A stretch of 64,000 nucleotides of DNA from Candidatus Omnitrophota bacterium (lineage in GTDB: Bacteria; Omnitrophota; Gorgyraeia; B26-G9). Both the position numbers and the translations under genes were made by a program. Below, one piece after another: positions 49,104-58,527 of this stretch. How positions within the stretch are numbered: the first letter of the stretch is position 1; every line of letters begins with the position of its first letter. The stretch is taken from assembly GCA_043814605.1 (NCBI GenBank), contig JBDRJV010000035.1, positions 10,275-74,274 of the forward strand, in the 5' to 3' direction. The notes below the pieces were generated by a model that made no database searches, was not told where the DNA came from, and saw nothing but the letters and a program-made list of their open reading frames with translations.

Positions 49104-50468
49104 TTAGAACTTTACGCCAATTTCAGCCATGATCTGAGTAGCAGTTTCATCAACCTTTTTGCCGCTATTCGCCCCAGAATCTATTGTTCCATAATAACTT
49201 CCTGGGAAAAACCAGGCTAAACTCAGGCCAAGGTTAACATCTTCTGTATATGCATATTTTGCATATAAATCAAGTTCCTCCCCAGCATCATCATCTTTTT
49301 GTAAACCAGTGGTGTTTGCGCCTACAGCTGGTGCAGTTATTTCTTCGGCTAATTTATACATCCAAAACTCTGCGCCCACCGTAAGTCTGTCCATAGGAAC
49401 TAAACTGCCGGTTAAAGCAATTGCATTAATATTTGTGTTTGGATCATAAATTATACCGTTGGTCTGATCTTCAAAACCAGCTTGCCATCCTTCAAAATCA
49501 CCCGTTGTTTTGGTTGTATCCTGACCAGAACGATATACCCATTTTACACCAACTTTTGGTGAATATTCATTCTCAATTGCATAATCTAGAGCCAGGTCAT
49601 AAGCATAAGCTTCCAGATCTCTGGTTGCTGCTGCTGTTTTCATATAATCACCAAACTGAGTGGCTAAGCCAACTTTTAAGTTCAAATTTTCTTTTGGCTG
49701 TAGTGTAATACATGTTGCTAATACATATTGGTCTAAAGCTTTTGTACTTGTTAGAGTTGGTCCAGTACCTACTCCTGCGCCTGGTGAATTATAATGAGAA
49801 ATTGATAAATAGGTATCAATTACTGTATTCATATCATCTTCTAATTTATAGATTGTATCAATGGTGTATAATTCAACATCATCAAATGCAGTAGAGGCAG
49901 TTTCCAGAGCTTTTGCTGTTCCAATGCCGATAAATAGAGGGTCATAATCTAAAATACCTACGATCCCATCAAATTCTTTATGCATGGAATAATCTGTACC
50001 CAGGACTGCTTCTCCGGTTCTTGAACCATCACCAATAACTAAGCCATCCGCAACCTTAACCGGCATTCTACCCATTTTAACTGTTAAAGGAGAATAAAGC
50101 ATTTCCTTTAAAGTAATGTAAGAAGCAACCATTAGGATATTAGTTCCTGCTGCGCCGTTTCCGCTCCAGTCTCTTTCATTGCCCATTTGTAAAGTTGCTG
50201 ATACATTATCAGTTAAATCTGCGTCTACGCCTAATTTTGCAATTGTGTTGTACCAATCACGAGATCCTGTGTCCAAAAATGGAGTTAAAGCTCCACCATT
50301 GGTTAAATCTGCTCCGCCGCCTGAACCAGTTGTTGCATAATTATCGCGGACAAAACCACGGATTGTAATTTCTCCGCTAACTTTAATATTTTGTACTTCA
50401 GCAAAAGCTGGTAAGCTCAAAACTGCAACCATGCTTAGTGCTAAAATCATAATCAACATTCGCTTCAT
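49104..50468 (-). CDS. Outer-membrane porin, alginate-export-like beta-barrel
   Basis: Signal ..PAFA|EVQNIKVSG, GEELDL...Y.YTEDV, C-terminal GVKF; strong SD and own terminator. Confidence 0.8.
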   Translation of the reverse strand: MKRMLIMILALSMVAVLSLPAFAEVQNIKVSGEITIRGFVRDNYATTGSGGGADLTNGGALTPFLDTGSRDWYNTIAKLGVDADLTDNVSATLQMGNERDWSGNGAAGTNILMVASYITLKEMLYSPLTVKMGRMPVKVADGLVIGDGSRTGEAVLGTDYSMHKEFDGIVGILDYDPLFIGIGTAKALETASTAFDDVELYTIDTIYKLEDDMNTVIDTYLSISHYNSPGAGVGTGPTLTSTKALDQYVLATCITLQPKENLNLKVGLATQFGDYMKTAAATRDLEAYAYDLALDYAIENEYSPKVGVKWVYRSGQDTTKTTGDFEGWQAGFEDQTNGIIYDPNTNINAIALTGSLVPMDRLTVGAEFWMYKLAEEITAPAVGANTTGLQKDDDAGEELDLYAKYAYTEDVNLGLSLAWFFPGSYYGTIDSGANSGKKVDETATQIMAEIGVKF

Positions 50469-50708
50469 GATTTTTTTTCCTCCTGTTTAGTTATTTATCA
50501 AACTAGGTCTATAGGTTTAATATTCTCTATAGTTACCCAGATAATTTCTATTATATCCATTATCACCATATTAGTATAACTTCAGGCTTCTCTAATTACC
50601 CACCTCCTTGGCGCCAGATTAAAGTTATTTATGATGATTATAGCCCTTTTGACTCATTCCCCTTTTACTGTTTAACTTGTGAAAACGAGAAACAATTTCT
50701 TATTCACT

Positions 50709-50737
50709 AAAATAACACAAACCAACTTTTCTGTCAA
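50709..50737 (-). promoter_or_regulatory. Putative sigma70 promoter for the porin (~235-nt leader)
   Basis: TTGACA-N17-TATTTT with TG extension. Confidence 0.5.
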
Positions 50738-50771
50738 TCTTTTTTTTGTATAACAATAAATAGTTATTTAT

Positions 50772-51254
50772 TTAGGCTGAATATATTATTGCTTTGTGTA
50801 ATTTTATTTCCTTTTTAACAAGTGCGATAATTTCCGTGATCTTTTTCTTTAAACAAGCAGATAATTCTAATCCTAAGCCTGTTTTTTCCGGAACAATACC
50901 AAAAATAATAGTCTGTGGTAATTTTCCTTGTTTTCGGCAAAATTCAACTGCTTCCATAAACCCAATATTATGTAAGGATATTGATATATCTTGTTTAATA
51001 TCAATACTTTGCGGACTAAATTTGTATATTGTGCCTGGTTTGTCCTTTGTTTTTACAGCATCGATCACAATTAATTTATGAGAAGCCTGTATAACCGGTA
51101 AAAGGTCAAACCCAGCAGTTCCGCCATCAATAATTTCTACATTATCTGGTATTTTTTTTTGCTTTAATTTATTAATCACATGAATCCCAATTCCTTCGTC
51201 CTGAAGCAATAAATTACCTATACCTAGAATTGTGATTTTCTTATAATTTTTCAT
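50772..51254 (-). CDS. Hydrogenase maturation protease (HyaD/HybD family)
   Basis: GIGNLLLQDEGIG, DGGT, DA, SLH. Confidence 0.93.
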   Translation of the reverse strand: MKNYKKITILGIGNLLLQDEGIGIHVINKLKQKKIPDNVEIIDGGTAGFDLLPVIQASHKLIVIDAVKTKDKPGTIYKFSPQSIDIKQDISISLHNIGFMEAVEFCRKQGKLPQTIIFGIVPEKTGLGLELSACLKKKITEIIALVKKEIKLHKAIIYSA

Positions 51255-51317
51255 TTTTTAAATTTTCTTAACATTAATAAATTCAAATTGTTATAATATT
51301 TAGGAAATTTAAAATAG

Positions 51318-52730
51318 TTAGCAGACTCGGAATTGTTTCATTTTTCCGCTAGGATTAATTAAGTGTACTGCACAAGCTAAACAAGGGTCAAACGAACGCA
51401 CAACACGCACTACTTCAATCGGATTATCAGGATCTGCAACTGGCGTATTAATCAATGCCTGTTCCATTGGGCCTAATTGCATTTTATGATCACGCGGTGA
51501 GCAATTCCAGGTTGTAGGAACAATACATTGATAATTACTGATTTTACTGTTTTCAATTTTTATCCAATGTCCTAGTGCACCGCGGGGAGCTTCGGTTAAC
51601 CCAATACCCTGTGATGACTTAGGTATTTTATAACCATTAAATACCGGTTTGCCGGGAATAAGCTCAGATAGCCAATTTTCCATAGCCTCAATTATTTTTT
51701 TTGTTTCCAAAGCCCGGGCAATATGCCGGTCAATTAAAGATACCCCCTGATGATAATCGCCATTAATCCACATCCGGGCCAAAGGCCCGACTTCGTGGCT
51801 AAGACCATCATAACGCGGCGCTTTTACCCAGGAATAAGCCTTATCTTTATTTATATCCGGCGCAGTATCTGCCGCCTGAACGGGTCTGAGTTTTTTAGCG
51901 CTTTTATACCAGGAAAAAGTCACATCTTCAGTAATTTTATCCGGATTAAATCCTTGCTCATTATTATCAACAAACCGGCCGGGTTTAAAAAACAAATTTT
52001 TTCTTTGATCATCTTGAGCAAAAACTCCGTAGCTTAAAAAATTATTATATCCTGAGCCAATGGTTTTATAATCTTTATATACCTTAGCCAATAACATAAC
52101 ATCCGGCAGATAAACTTGATTAATAAATTGTTTTAACTGCCTTATTCTCCATAAACTCGCCGCAATTTTATCTACACTCACACTCTGGGAAACACCGCCT
52201 GGGGTAATTGACTGGGCCATGGGCATTTTCCCTGACCACACTGCAGCCAGTTCATGTGCCTTAGCACGCATATCTAAAGCTTGTAAATAATGCTCCATAA
52301 GCGTGGCATTATCTGCATTATTAAACAAATAATCACCTTTATAACGCGGCACAAAAGGAGCAATTTTATCTCCCTGGACATAATCAAGAATAGCTAAATG
52401 ATAAAAATGTAAAATATGAGATTGAATAAAATTACTGCCTAAGATTAAGTTTCTGATTATTCGGCCATTTGCCGGCGGAATAACTTTAAACGCAGAATCA
52501 AGATTCAGCGCTGCAGCTTGAGCATGGCTCACCGGGCAAACACCGCAAATCCGCTGGGTAATCATCTGCGCATCACGCGGATCACGGCCCTTTAAAATCA
52601 CCTCTATGCCCCGCCATAATGTACCCATCACCCGCGCATCAATCACTTTAGAATTATCAACTTCAACCTCGATTTTTAAATGCCCTTCAATACGTGTAAT
52701 CGGATCAATCACTATTTTTTGTTTAGCCAT
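51318..52730 (-). CDS. [NiFe] hydrogenase large subunit (group 1a/Hys-like, Cys form)
   Basis: DPITRIEGH, RICGVC, DPCLACAVH plus cleavable C-terminal tail. Confidence 0.93.
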   Translation of the reverse strand: MAKQKIVIDPITRIEGHLKIEVEVDNSKVIDARVMGTLWRGIEVILKGRDPRDAQMITQRICGVCPVSHAQAAALNLDSAFKVIPPANGRIIRNLILGSNFIQSHILHFYHLAILDYVQGDKIAPFVPRYKGDYLFNNADNATLMEHYLQALDMRAKAHELAAVWSGKMPMAQSITPGGVSQSVSVDKIAASLWRIRQLKQFINQVYLPDVMLLAKVYKDYKTIGSGYNNFLSYGVFAQDDQRKNLFFKPGRFVDNNEQGFNPDKITEDVTFSWYKSAKKLRPVQAADTAPDINKDKAYSWVKAPRYDGLSHEVGPLARMWINGDYHQGVSLIDRHIARALETKKIIEAMENWLSELIPGKPVFNGYKIPKSSQGIGLTEAPRGALGHWIKIENSKISNYQCIVPTTWNCSPRDHKMQLGPMEQALINTPVADPDNPIEVVRVVRSFDPCLACAVHLINPSGKMKQFRVC

Positions 52731-52772
52731 AATTTTTAAAGCTCCAAGCTACATGCGGCAAGTTACAGATTT

Positions 52773-53714
52773 TTAGGTTTTAGCTTTAGGAATTTTATGT
52801 TTTGGTAATTTTGCGTATAAAGAAACTCCGTTATCCGGAAACTCTGCTTCACAGCAAGCAATACATCCTGTACCTGAACCAATACACCAATTAACTCCGT
52901 TATTCCAGCGCCGTAAACTACAATCAGCATAAGCTACTGGCCCTTTACAGCCTAATTCCGCTAAACACCCGGGCTGTCCATATTCTGAAGCAAATTCTGC
53001 ATTAGCAAAAAATGAATAATTTGTGCAATTTTCATGAATGTTTTCTTTATAGAACATTGCCGGCCGACCATCCTTTAACAATTCTGGTATACCAAAATTA
53101 AGCACATGCACTATGGTTCCCACAACCCAATCCGGATGCGTCGGACAGCCAGAAATATTAATTACCGGTTTATCTATCTTGCCGCTAACCTCAGCTAAAC
53201 TTTTGACCTGCGTTGGATTAGGTTTTGCTGAGGGAATACCGCCGAATGCAGCGCAAGTGCCTACCGCCATTAGCACTCCTGCATCCGGGACTAAATTCTG
53301 GACTGCTTCAACTAAAGTAATTGGCTGGCCGTTACGTTCGCCAATCGTACAATAAAGACCATTTTCAGCTGTAGGCACTCCGCCTTCAAGAATCAAAATA
53401 AATTTACCTTTAAATTTTTGTGCAGTCTCCTGAATATGGTCAAAAGCAGTCTTTCCTGTACCGGCCATAAGCGTAGGGTGATATTCTAAATTAATAATCT
53501 GAATTAAAACTTCGGCAATCTTAGGGTGAACAGTATTGAGTAAAGAAATAGAACAGCCATTACAACCTGCGCCTTGGAGCCAAATTACCGCAGGTTTATC
53601 AACTCCACTGCCGGTTAATGCTTTGACAATAACCGGATTATAGGAACTGGTTATGGCTGCTGCAGCAGCGGATGAGCTAAAAATTTTTAAAAACTGTCTG
53701 CGGGTAAATTTCAT
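52773..53714 (-). CDS. [NiFe] hydrogenase small subunit with Tat signal (likely start ATG 53714)
   Basis: TRRQFLK, GCNGCS, GTCA, GCPTHP, HENC, LGCKGP, NWC..CIAC. Confidence 0.93.
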   Translation of the reverse strand: MKFTRRQFLKIFSSSAAAAAITSSYNPVIVKALTGSGVDKPAVIWLQGAGCNGCSISLLNTVHPKIAEVLIQIINLEYHPTLMAGTGKTAFDHIQETAQKFKGKFILILEGGVPTAENGLYCTIGERNGQPITLVEAVQNLVPDAGVLMAVGTCAAFGGIPSAKPNPTQVKSLAEVSGKIDKPVINISGCPTHPDWVVGTIVHVLNFGIPELLKDGRPAMFYKENIHENCTNYSFFANAEFASEYGQPGCLAELGCKGPVAYADCSLRRWNNGVNWCIGSGTGCIACCEAEFPDNGVSLYAKLPKHKIPKAKT

Positions 53715-53782
53715 TTTCCCTTTATTTTCTCCCTGCGTTAAAACAATCAGGCCCTTCAAAAAATATCTTTAAGATGTTTCTT

Positions 53783-53810
53783 ATTTTATTACTTCCCTGC
53801 TTCTAGTCAA
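53783..53810 (-). promoter_or_regulatory. Putative sigma70 promoter for the hydrogenase operon
   Basis: TTGACT-N16-TAAAAT. Confidence 0.5.
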
Positions 53811-53820
53811 GATTTTTAAT

Positions 53821-53891
53821 GAGCTCTCTGAAAAACTCCTTAAAACTATATCAGAGATTTCTGTATTTTTTTGGACTTTTTCAGAAATCTC
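53821..53891. mobile_element. ~71 bp MITE-like remnant with terminal inverted repeats
   Basis: gagctctctgaaaaactcc ... ggactttttcagaaatctc, flanked by taat/ttaa. Confidence 0.5.
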
Positions 53892-53906
53892 TTAATTGCC
53901 GGAAAT

Positions 53907-54821
53907 TTATTTTATTTCGTATCCTAACCTGCGCAAAAAAGCACTGTCTTTACGCCAATGCGTATGCACTTTTACCCATAATTCCAGAAAAATACTTCTT
54001 TGTAAAAATTCTTCAATTTTTTTTCTGGCTGCTGTACCGATATTTTTAAGCATCTGCCCTTGTTTGCCAATTATAATTTTTTTCTGAGCCTGGCGTTCTA
54101 AAAAAATTGTAGCTTGAATCAATGTTTTCCGGCCGGGATTATTTTTTAAAGCTTGGATTTCCACTGCCACAGAATGCGGAATTTCCTCATGGCATAAATT
54201 AAGCACTTGCTCCCGGATTAATTCCGCCACAATAAAACGCTCATTTTTATCTGTTAACTGATCCTCAGGATAAAATGCCGGCCCCGGCCGCAGGGATTTT
54301 TTGATTTTTTCAAATACAACATCAAGATTTTTACCGCTGAGCCCGGAAACCGGAATAAATTCATCTACCGCTAAATATTGACGCGCCTGGTCTAAAAGCG
54401 GGAAAATTTGATTTTTTTTAATCAGATCAATTTTGTTGATTAAAACACAAGACCAGACATATTTTCCCAACATTTTTTTATTTTTAATCAGTTTGAAAAT
54501 TTCTTGATCCGCAGTTGTTATTCCGCTGGCTGCATCAAGAATAATAACCAGAAGATCCGCATCCTGAGCAGCTTGGGATGCCTGAGACATCATACACTCT
54601 CCCAACTTCGTCTTCGGGACATGCACCCCCGGCGTATCCGTAAAAATAATCTGGCAATTATTTTCACTATAAATACCCATTATGGCATCCCGGGTTGTCT
54701 GAGGTTTGGCGGAAATTATCGAAAGCTTCTGGCCTAAAAAATAATTCAATATTGTGGATTTACCTACATTCGGTTTCCCCAATAAAGTAACATATCCGGA
54801 TTTAAATTTTGTTTTTTTCAC
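53907..54821 (-). CDS. era: GTPase Era
   Basis: GKPNVGKST, PQTTR, DTPG, NKID, KH domain. Confidence 0.97.
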   Translation of the reverse strand: MKKTKFKSGYVTLLGKPNVGKSTILNYFLGQKLSIISAKPQTTRDAIMGIYSENNCQIIFTDTPGVHVPKTKLGECMMSQASQAAQDADLLVIILDAASGITTADQEIFKLIKNKKMLGKYVWSCVLINKIDLIKKNQIFPLLDQARQYLAVDEFIPVSGLSGKNLDVVFEKIKKSLRPGPAFYPEDQLTDKNERFIVAELIREQVLNLCHEEIPHSVAVEIQALKNNPGRKTLIQATIFLERQAQKKIIIGKQGQMLKNIGTAARKKIEEFLQRSIFLELWVKVHTHWRKDSAFLRRLGYEIK

Positions 54822-54824
54822 GTT

Positions 54825-56087
54825 TTATTTTTTCTGCTTTTTAGTGTTAATTTTCTGGCAATCCTGGGGGCATTTTTCACATTCTGAACCACACGGTTCA
54901 ACGTGAATATTTATTTTATATTTGGGAAAATACTTACGCAATACATTCCTGAGGTCATGCTCAAGTTTATGGGACTGCTCGATATTCATTAATTTTGAAA
55001 TAACAATATGTAAAGTTAAAAAATCACCGCTTTCATTGCTTAAAATTTCTACACCGTGAAAATTTATAATTCTGGGATATCTGGCTATTATTTTCCTTAA
55101 AATTTTAAAAGTAACTGTTTTCTTTTTTCTTTTTGTTTTTTGCAAATCAATATGCACAATGGGACTGGAATTTATCTTCTCGGCGATTCTGGTTTCTACG
55201 GTTGCGGCAATCTGATGCGCGGTAACCGAATCTAATTTGTAGAATACCTCAACGTGCAAAGAAATTGCCTTATGGGTTCCGTAGTCATGGGCCGCGATAT
55301 CATGTACTCCCTGAACGCCTTCTACACTGTAAGCAATAGTTTCAATTTCTTTGCGTAAATTATCATCTAAAGCTTTCCCCAGAAGATGAAAAACAGAGAT
55401 TTTAATTAATTTAATTCCCGTATAAATCACATATGCCGCAACAATTGCCCCAAAAATACTGTCTAAACGAAACATACCAAACATTGAAGCAATCATTGCC
55501 GCAATTACTAAGAGCGTGGAAATTGCATCGGAGCGATGGTGCCAGGCATCAGCATATAAGATTGATGAATCTATTTTTTTTGCTAAATAAAAAGAAAACC
55601 GCGCCAGCCATTCTTTTACCATAACCGAAATAACCAGAATAAAAACAATGCTAAAATTGGTTTTTACTTCCACAGGATTATTAATCCGGCTAAAAGCAGA
55701 TTGCAGAATTTCTACCCCCACCACACACAATAAAACAGCAATAATCAGTGTTGCAATATCCTCTATGCGGCCGTGGCCAAAAGGATGGTCTTTATCCGCC
55801 GGCTTATGCGAAATCGTAAACCCCCAAATCACCACGCCGGAAGTTGCTACATCAGAAACTGTATGCACTGCATCGGCAATAATACTTACACTGCCTGTAT
55901 AAATACCGAGAATAATTTTTACTAAGAATAAAATAACATTAACAATTACGCTAACCCAACCTTCTAAAAAACCAAAACGTATCCGCATTTGATCCGGGTC
56001 AAGTTTGGCCTTTAAATTATTTGAATTAACTGTATTATTGGAACTGTCTATTTTTTTAATTAAAAATTCTGTCAGACTAAATTTCAT
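54825..56087 (-). CDS. Cation diffusion facilitator with duplicated C-terminal domain and Cys-rich tail
   Basis: DAVHTVSD, HPFGHGR.E, DAWHHRSD, IHVEPCGSECEKC. Confidence 0.9.
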   Translation of the reverse strand: MKFSLTEFLIKKIDSSNNTVNSNNLKAKLDPDQMRIRFGFLEGWVSVIVNVILFLVKIILGIYTGSVSIIADAVHTVSDVATSGVVIWGFTISHKPADKDHPFGHGRIEDIATLIIAVLLCVVGVEILQSAFSRINNPVEVKTNFSIVFILVISVMVKEWLARFSFYLAKKIDSSILYADAWHHRSDAISTLLVIAAMIASMFGMFRLDSIFGAIVAAYVIYTGIKLIKISVFHLLGKALDDNLRKEIETIAYSVEGVQGVHDIAAHDYGTHKAISLHVEVFYKLDSVTAHQIAATVETRIAEKINSSPIVHIDLQKTKRKKKTVTFKILRKIIARYPRIINFHGVEILSNESGDFLTLHIVISKLMNIEQSHKLEHDLRNVLRKYFPKYKINIHVEPCGSECEKCPQDCQKINTKKQKK

Positions 56088-56120
56088 ATTTTCTTTTTCC
56101 CTTTTTTTCTCTTTTTTTCC

Positions 56121-56573
56121 CTATACACTAAAAAAATCTACTTCGCTAACAACCCTTATCCCCTGATTTTTTAAAAGCGCGGTTAAAATCCCATTGCCGT
56201 TTATTAATCTCTGCTGAAAAGTTCCGTCATATATTTTTCCTACGCCGCAAGCCGCACTCTTAGATTTTAATATTGCCAGGCTGATTTTATTTTCTTGTGC
56301 TAAGTTTTTCGCTTTTTCCGCTCCGTCGAGCAGCTGCGCGGTTACATCCTGGCCTAATTTATTAATCACCTTTGCCTGGTTATTAATAACATCTTCTCCG
56401 CTGCCGCCGATAATCTCACAAGGCGGCCGGGGCACAGGCAATCCGCCCATAACTTCAGGACAGACTAAGATTACTTTGCCTTTTTCTTTTAACTTTACGA
56501 TTAAAGCCAGGGGCTGAGAGAGTCCATCATAACGGCATTTTTCTCCGGCTAAACAAGCACTGGCTAAAATCAT
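56121..56573 (-). CDS. DUF523 / 2-thiouracil desulfurase-family Fe-S protein
   Basis: SACL.G..CRYDG, CPEV.GGL..PR, KSAACG. Confidence 0.88.
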   Translation of the reverse strand: MILASACLAGEKCRYDGLSQPLALIVKLKEKGKVILVCPEVMGGLPVPRPPCEIIGGSGEDVINNQAKVINKLGQDVTAQLLDGAEKAKNLAQENKISLAILKSKSAACGVGKIYDGTFQQRLINGNGILTALLKNQGIRVVSEVDFFSV

Positions 56574-57679
56574 TGTTTATTTTTCCTTTTTTCTCTTAAA
56601 AGCATACTTTGCGCATAGTCCTGAGCGATATTAATCCGTTTTTGCGTTGATAAATAAAAATCAAAACCAGAGAGAATAAAATTTTCTTCCGGAATATTTA
56701 AATCTGTTTCCCGAATCAATACTGAAATAAATGCATCCGGAGCATTAGTAATTTGCAAAATAAATAAATCTACTGTTTTTTCGATGTTGTTCTTAATCAC
56801 ACTGCTCAGCAAAAAAAATACCAGAAAAACAAAAAATAATAGTAACAGCAGAACCGAAACAGTAGAAATATAAAATAAAAACTCAAATTTAAAAATACCC
56901 GCAGCCTTTTCAAACATCACGCTGACTAAATAAAATCCGAAAAAAACAGCGATTGCCGGTATCAGGATGAATTTCCAAACATATCCGTAATAATGATACG
57001 CCGCTTCCCGGGTGAAAATAACCCCGATTTCTTCTTTTGCATACTGCACGCTATTTTCATTTATAAAAAGCTTGCGTCCCGGCTCAAACCCCACAAGCAT
57101 TGCTTGCGGTTTTAATTTATAATCACGCAAAAGAACAATATCATTTATACTAAATCCGATTTTTCCCGCTAAACTCCGTAAATACTCTTTCCGGGATTCA
57201 TCCGCCCAATCAATTTTACGGTAAAACATAATCGTCAAATAACGCCAGAAAAACTTATCCGTAAAAATATAAGTAAAAAAACAAATCAAGGCTGTAGGAA
57301 TCCACCAGGTCGTAGTATCTGATTCTAAAAAATAATAAGCAACTTGAGAAAAAAATAAGAAAAAACAAAATATTTTTATTTCTTTTTTTAATACCCTATC
57401 CCGCCATTGTTTAAAACTCTGCTGCGGTTGTGCATACTTTGGCCTGAGAATAAATTCATCGTAAATTTTAAGGCCAAGCGTAAAAATAAAATAGGACAGA
57501 TAAAAAAATAAACAAAATAGGGTAATCACAATAATTGAGTTGCCGGTAATTAACCGGATGAACTCTAATAAGCTTGAGGAAAAACTGTAAGACATTATCA
57601 GCAGAAAAAAAACAGTTAAAAAAAGATGCAGATAAAAAATAATTTTCTTTTTTTCTAAATAAACCTTGTCTGCTTTCAT
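56570..57679 (-). CDS. M48 (Ste24-like) membrane protein lacking the HExxH motif
   Basis: Ste24-like TM layout; EEIGVIFTREAAYH replaces EE..V.AHE.GH. Confidence 0.6.
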   Translation of the reverse strand: MKADKVYLEKKKIIFYLHLFLTVFFLLIMSYSFSSSLLEFIRLITGNSIIVITLFCLFFYLSYFIFTLGLKIYDEFILRPKYAQPQQSFKQWRDRVLKKEIKIFCFFLFFSQVAYYFLESDTTTWWIPTALICFFTYIFTDKFFWRYLTIMFYRKIDWADESRKEYLRSLAGKIGFSINDIVLLRDYKLKPQAMLVGFEPGRKLFINENSVQYAKEEIGVIFTREAAYHYYGYVWKFILIPAIAVFFGFYLVSVMFEKAAGIFKFEFLFYISTVSVLLLLLFFVFLVFFLLSSVIKNNIEKTVDLFILQITNAPDAFISVLIRETDLNIPEENFILSGFDFYLSTQKRINIAQDYAQSMLLREKRKNKQ

Positions 57680-58201
57680 TTAAAATTCCTTACGTGATAG
57701 ATTATTGCGAATATGGTTAAATATTGCAATATATTCGCCGGTTGCGTAATCCGGGTATGTCCAGTCCCAGGCGGTAAAAGTCTTACCGCGAAAACGCAGC
57801 GTAACTTCTGCAAAGATACCTTTATCCAGGTACAGCCGATGCTGGTGGTCTTTAGTTGTGGCCAGGACCAGTTTAGAAAGAGTTAAATACCCGGGATCAA
57901 TATTGATCCGGCGTTTTTTATTTTTTCCCGCGAAAATATTTTCTAGCTTATTCGAATATAGCTTTATTTTCGCTAGATCCCTAACACAAATCTCACGTTT
58001 AAAGCTTAAAAATTTTCTTTTTAATCCTGTTCCCATTTCCGGCTCATAGTAATCTGTGAAATTAAAATCAATAATTTTGCTTTCAAAATCAAGCTCTCCA
58101 AACTTTTTGATTAATTTTTTAATCACCGGAATGAATAATTTTACCGGCCCAATCAAGCCGATAATTAATTTTACTTTGGGGTGTTTACAAGGAATACCCA
58201 T
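57680..58201 (-). CDS. DUF4416 family protein (likely start ATG 58201)
   Basis: FTDYYEPEMG, NIDPGYL, LVLATTKD..HRLYL..GI, WTYPDY. Confidence 0.85.
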   Translation of the reverse strand: MGIPCKHPKVKLIIGLIGPVKLFIPVIKKLIKKFGELDFESKIIDFNFTDYYEPEMGTGLKRKFLSFKREICVRDLAKIKLYSNKLENIFAGKNKKRRINIDPGYLTLSKLVLATTKDHQHRLYLDKGIFAEVTLRFRGKTFTAWDWTYPDYATGEYIAIFNHIRNNLSRKEF

Positions 58202-58269
58202 ATTTTTTAGGTTGCAGGTTGCAAGCCGCAAGTATTATTTCATATGTAGTGTCTCAATGTAAAGTTTAC

Positions 58270-58405
58270 AAATAACGGCTAAGGTTGAACGGTTACGATG
58301 TCCGCCGGAGAAGCAGCGAGACCTCGATATGCATTGTAGCGGGCCCGTATCGTCAATCGGTTACGGTGACGTATTTTTAATGCTTTGCACACGTTGCCGT
58401 TGTAA
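58270..58405 (-). other. Solitary attC-like imperfect palindrome
   Basis: Minus strand TTACAAC-GGC ... GCC-GTTATTT, 136 bp, GC-richer than flanks. Confidence 0.35.
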
Positions 58406-58527
58406 GTTGCCGAAACAGGCTTCGTTACCTTCACTTTTTACCAAATAATATAAATTTGAAAATACACCCTTGAGATTATACATTTCATGTTCTGTCTGAT
58501 ACCTGTTACCTGAGACCTGACACTTGT

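Noticed and set aside
51370-51390. Selenocysteine (TGA) in the hydrogenase large subunit
   Set aside because: The codon is TGT (GAC CCT TGT TTA GCT TGT).
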